A stretch of DNA of 55,173 nucleotides from a virus (lineage: Duplodnaviria > Caudoviricetes), in IMG/VR virus record IMGVR_UViG_3300048837_000354, positions 1 through 55,173 of that record; one strand, written 5' to 3'. Shown in pieces: positions 54,117 through 55,173 of this stretch. The translations under genes and the position numbers were made by a program. Each line of letters opens with the position of its first letter. The first letter of the stretch is position 1. The notes below the pieces were generated by a model. The model worked only from the letters and a program-made list of their open reading frames with translations, did not search any database and was not told where the DNA came from.

Positions 54117-54945
54117 GTGCGATCTTCCCTTGGCCGCGCACCGTGCCCGTGCTCGTACCGATGCACAGCACGACCGGCACTAGGCAGGAGTCGTTGGCGA
54201 CCTCCGGCAGTCCGAGGAAGGCCCAATCCCCTACCTCGCTCTTGTTGGCCAGATAGCTCGGCAGCGCCGCGCGCGTGCGCGTGCAAGTGAATCCGAAGTT
54301 GCCGGCCGTGCCAGTGGACGCCGACAGCGTAACGGAGTTGATACCCTTGATGTTCAAGCCCTGCTGCGCGGAGGTTCGCAGGATGTCCAGAGGAATCATG
54401 CGGCCCACTGCGAGCGTGCCGCCGACGGCCACGACGCCCAGGTTGCCGGTGCTGTTGTCGTCGAAGGTCACGTTGACGGTGGCGTTGGACGCCGTTGCGC
54501 CGCCGTTTCCGTAGACCTCTAGCCACCACTGCACGTCGCCGAAGTTGGCCTCGCCGTAACGAGCCGCCGGCACGCCGAGAGTATCCAACTGGAGCGGCAG
54601 ATTCGTGGTCTGAGGACTGGTGCTGTTGAACACCAGCCCGCCCATGTGTGCGAGGCGGTCGTGGATTTCGAGCGTGGCACCCGCGATGCTGCCGGCGAAC
54701 GTCAGGTAGGCCAGGTAACTACTGGCGGGAGGCGTCTGGTTCGCAAACCCGATGCTGCCCAGCGTGGTGCTGTCCGGACTGGCAGCGGTCGTCGGGATCG
54801 CACCTTGCCCCGGCTGCCCCGTGGCACGCCACATGGACGAGTACCCACCCGCTGCCTGAGAGGCGACGGTCGCCTTGTCGAGGATGAATCGGCTGGCGTT
54901 GTTGGCCAGGGCGTTGATCAGTTGGTCGCGCGATGTGATGGCCAT
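54109..54945 (-). CDS. Putative virion structural protein
   Basis: 278 aa, Gly/Thr/Ala-rich, in the late operon after the collagen protein. Confidence 0.75.
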   Translation of the reverse strand: MAITSRDQLINALANNASRFILDKATVASQAAGGYSSMWRATGQPGQGAIPTTAASPDSTTLGSIGFANQTPPASSYLAYLTFAGSIAGATLEIHDRLAHMGGLVFNSTSPQTTNLPLQLDTLGVPAARYGEANFGDVQWWLEVYGNGGATASNATVNVTFDDNSTGNLGVVAVGGTLAVGRMIPLDILRTSAQQGLNIKGINSVTLSASTGTAGNFGFTCTRTRAALPSYLANKSEVGDWAFLGLPEVANDSCLVPVVLCIGTSTGTVRGQGKIAHG

Positions 54946-54946
54946 A

Positions 54947-55173
54947 TCAGTTGGTGTCCAGCCAGAGGTCGCCGACGGCGGGACTGCCGGGCGGCGTTGT
55001 TCCTACGTGAATCATCGTACCGTCCGCGCCTGCGTCGCCTTGATCGCCTTTGAGCGACAAAAGCCACGCCGCCTCACTGCCGACGAAGCCGTTGTTGACC
55101 GCGATCTGGTAGGCGCTGAGCCCATCCACGCCGTCCTCGCCGTCCGCGCCTGCGTCGCCTTGATCGCCTTTGA
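54947..55173 (-). CDS. 3' part of collagen-repeat structural protein
   Basis: KGDQGDAGADG twice; ends PAVGDLWLDTN. Confidence 0.8.
   Translation of the reverse strand, partial: KGDQGDAGADGEDGVDGLSAYQIAVNNGFVGSEAAWLLSLKGDQGDAGADGTMIHVGTTPPGSPAVGDLWLDTN

Noticed and set aside
55047-55173. Biological direct terminal repeat
   Set aside because: 127 nt equals a common assembler k-mer, it falls mid-gene, and the lambda-type terminase predicts cos ends
1-55173. Lysogeny module (integrase, CI repressor, ParA)
   Set aside because: No ORF with recombinase, S24 peptidase or ParA motifs was recognised, though unknown ORFs cannot be fully excluded

Overview
The window is an apparently complete, circularly permuted genome of a GC-rich tailed dsDNA phage. 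Bases 1-127 repeat 55047-55173, giving about 55,046 bp unique. Gene order matches Chi-like siphoviruses (Casjensviridae), an inference from synteny. A long minus-strand block runs from replication genes (Cas4-like nuclease, DUF2815, C5 methyltransferase, family A DNA polymerase, VRR-NUC, SNF2 helicase) through lambda-like packaging and head genes, tail, lysis and a post-lysis structural module. HTH, primase and SLOG genes are divergent on the plus strand. These are followed by a small RNA cluster with tRNA-Trp, an AT-rich repeat region with a candidate cos site, and two divergent early operons. No integrase was recognised. Main observations: (1) a dual-frame alpha/beta DNA methyltransferase in which removing one unit of a (GA)5 repeat repairs both frames, plus two more genes broken by one extra repeat unit; (2) a putative small RNA antisense to a CTGACCGGAG motif that overlaps the ribosome-binding sites of many phage genes; (3) a 6.2 kb terminal module lacking TCGAC/GTCGA and CTGCAG, bounded by the candidate cos and a repeat-rich segment with parS-like half-sites; (4) an endolysin with a lipoprotein signal peptide; (5) an early protein carrying a copy of the tape-measure C-terminal motif. 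All calls come from reading by eye and recalled family motifs. No searches were run.
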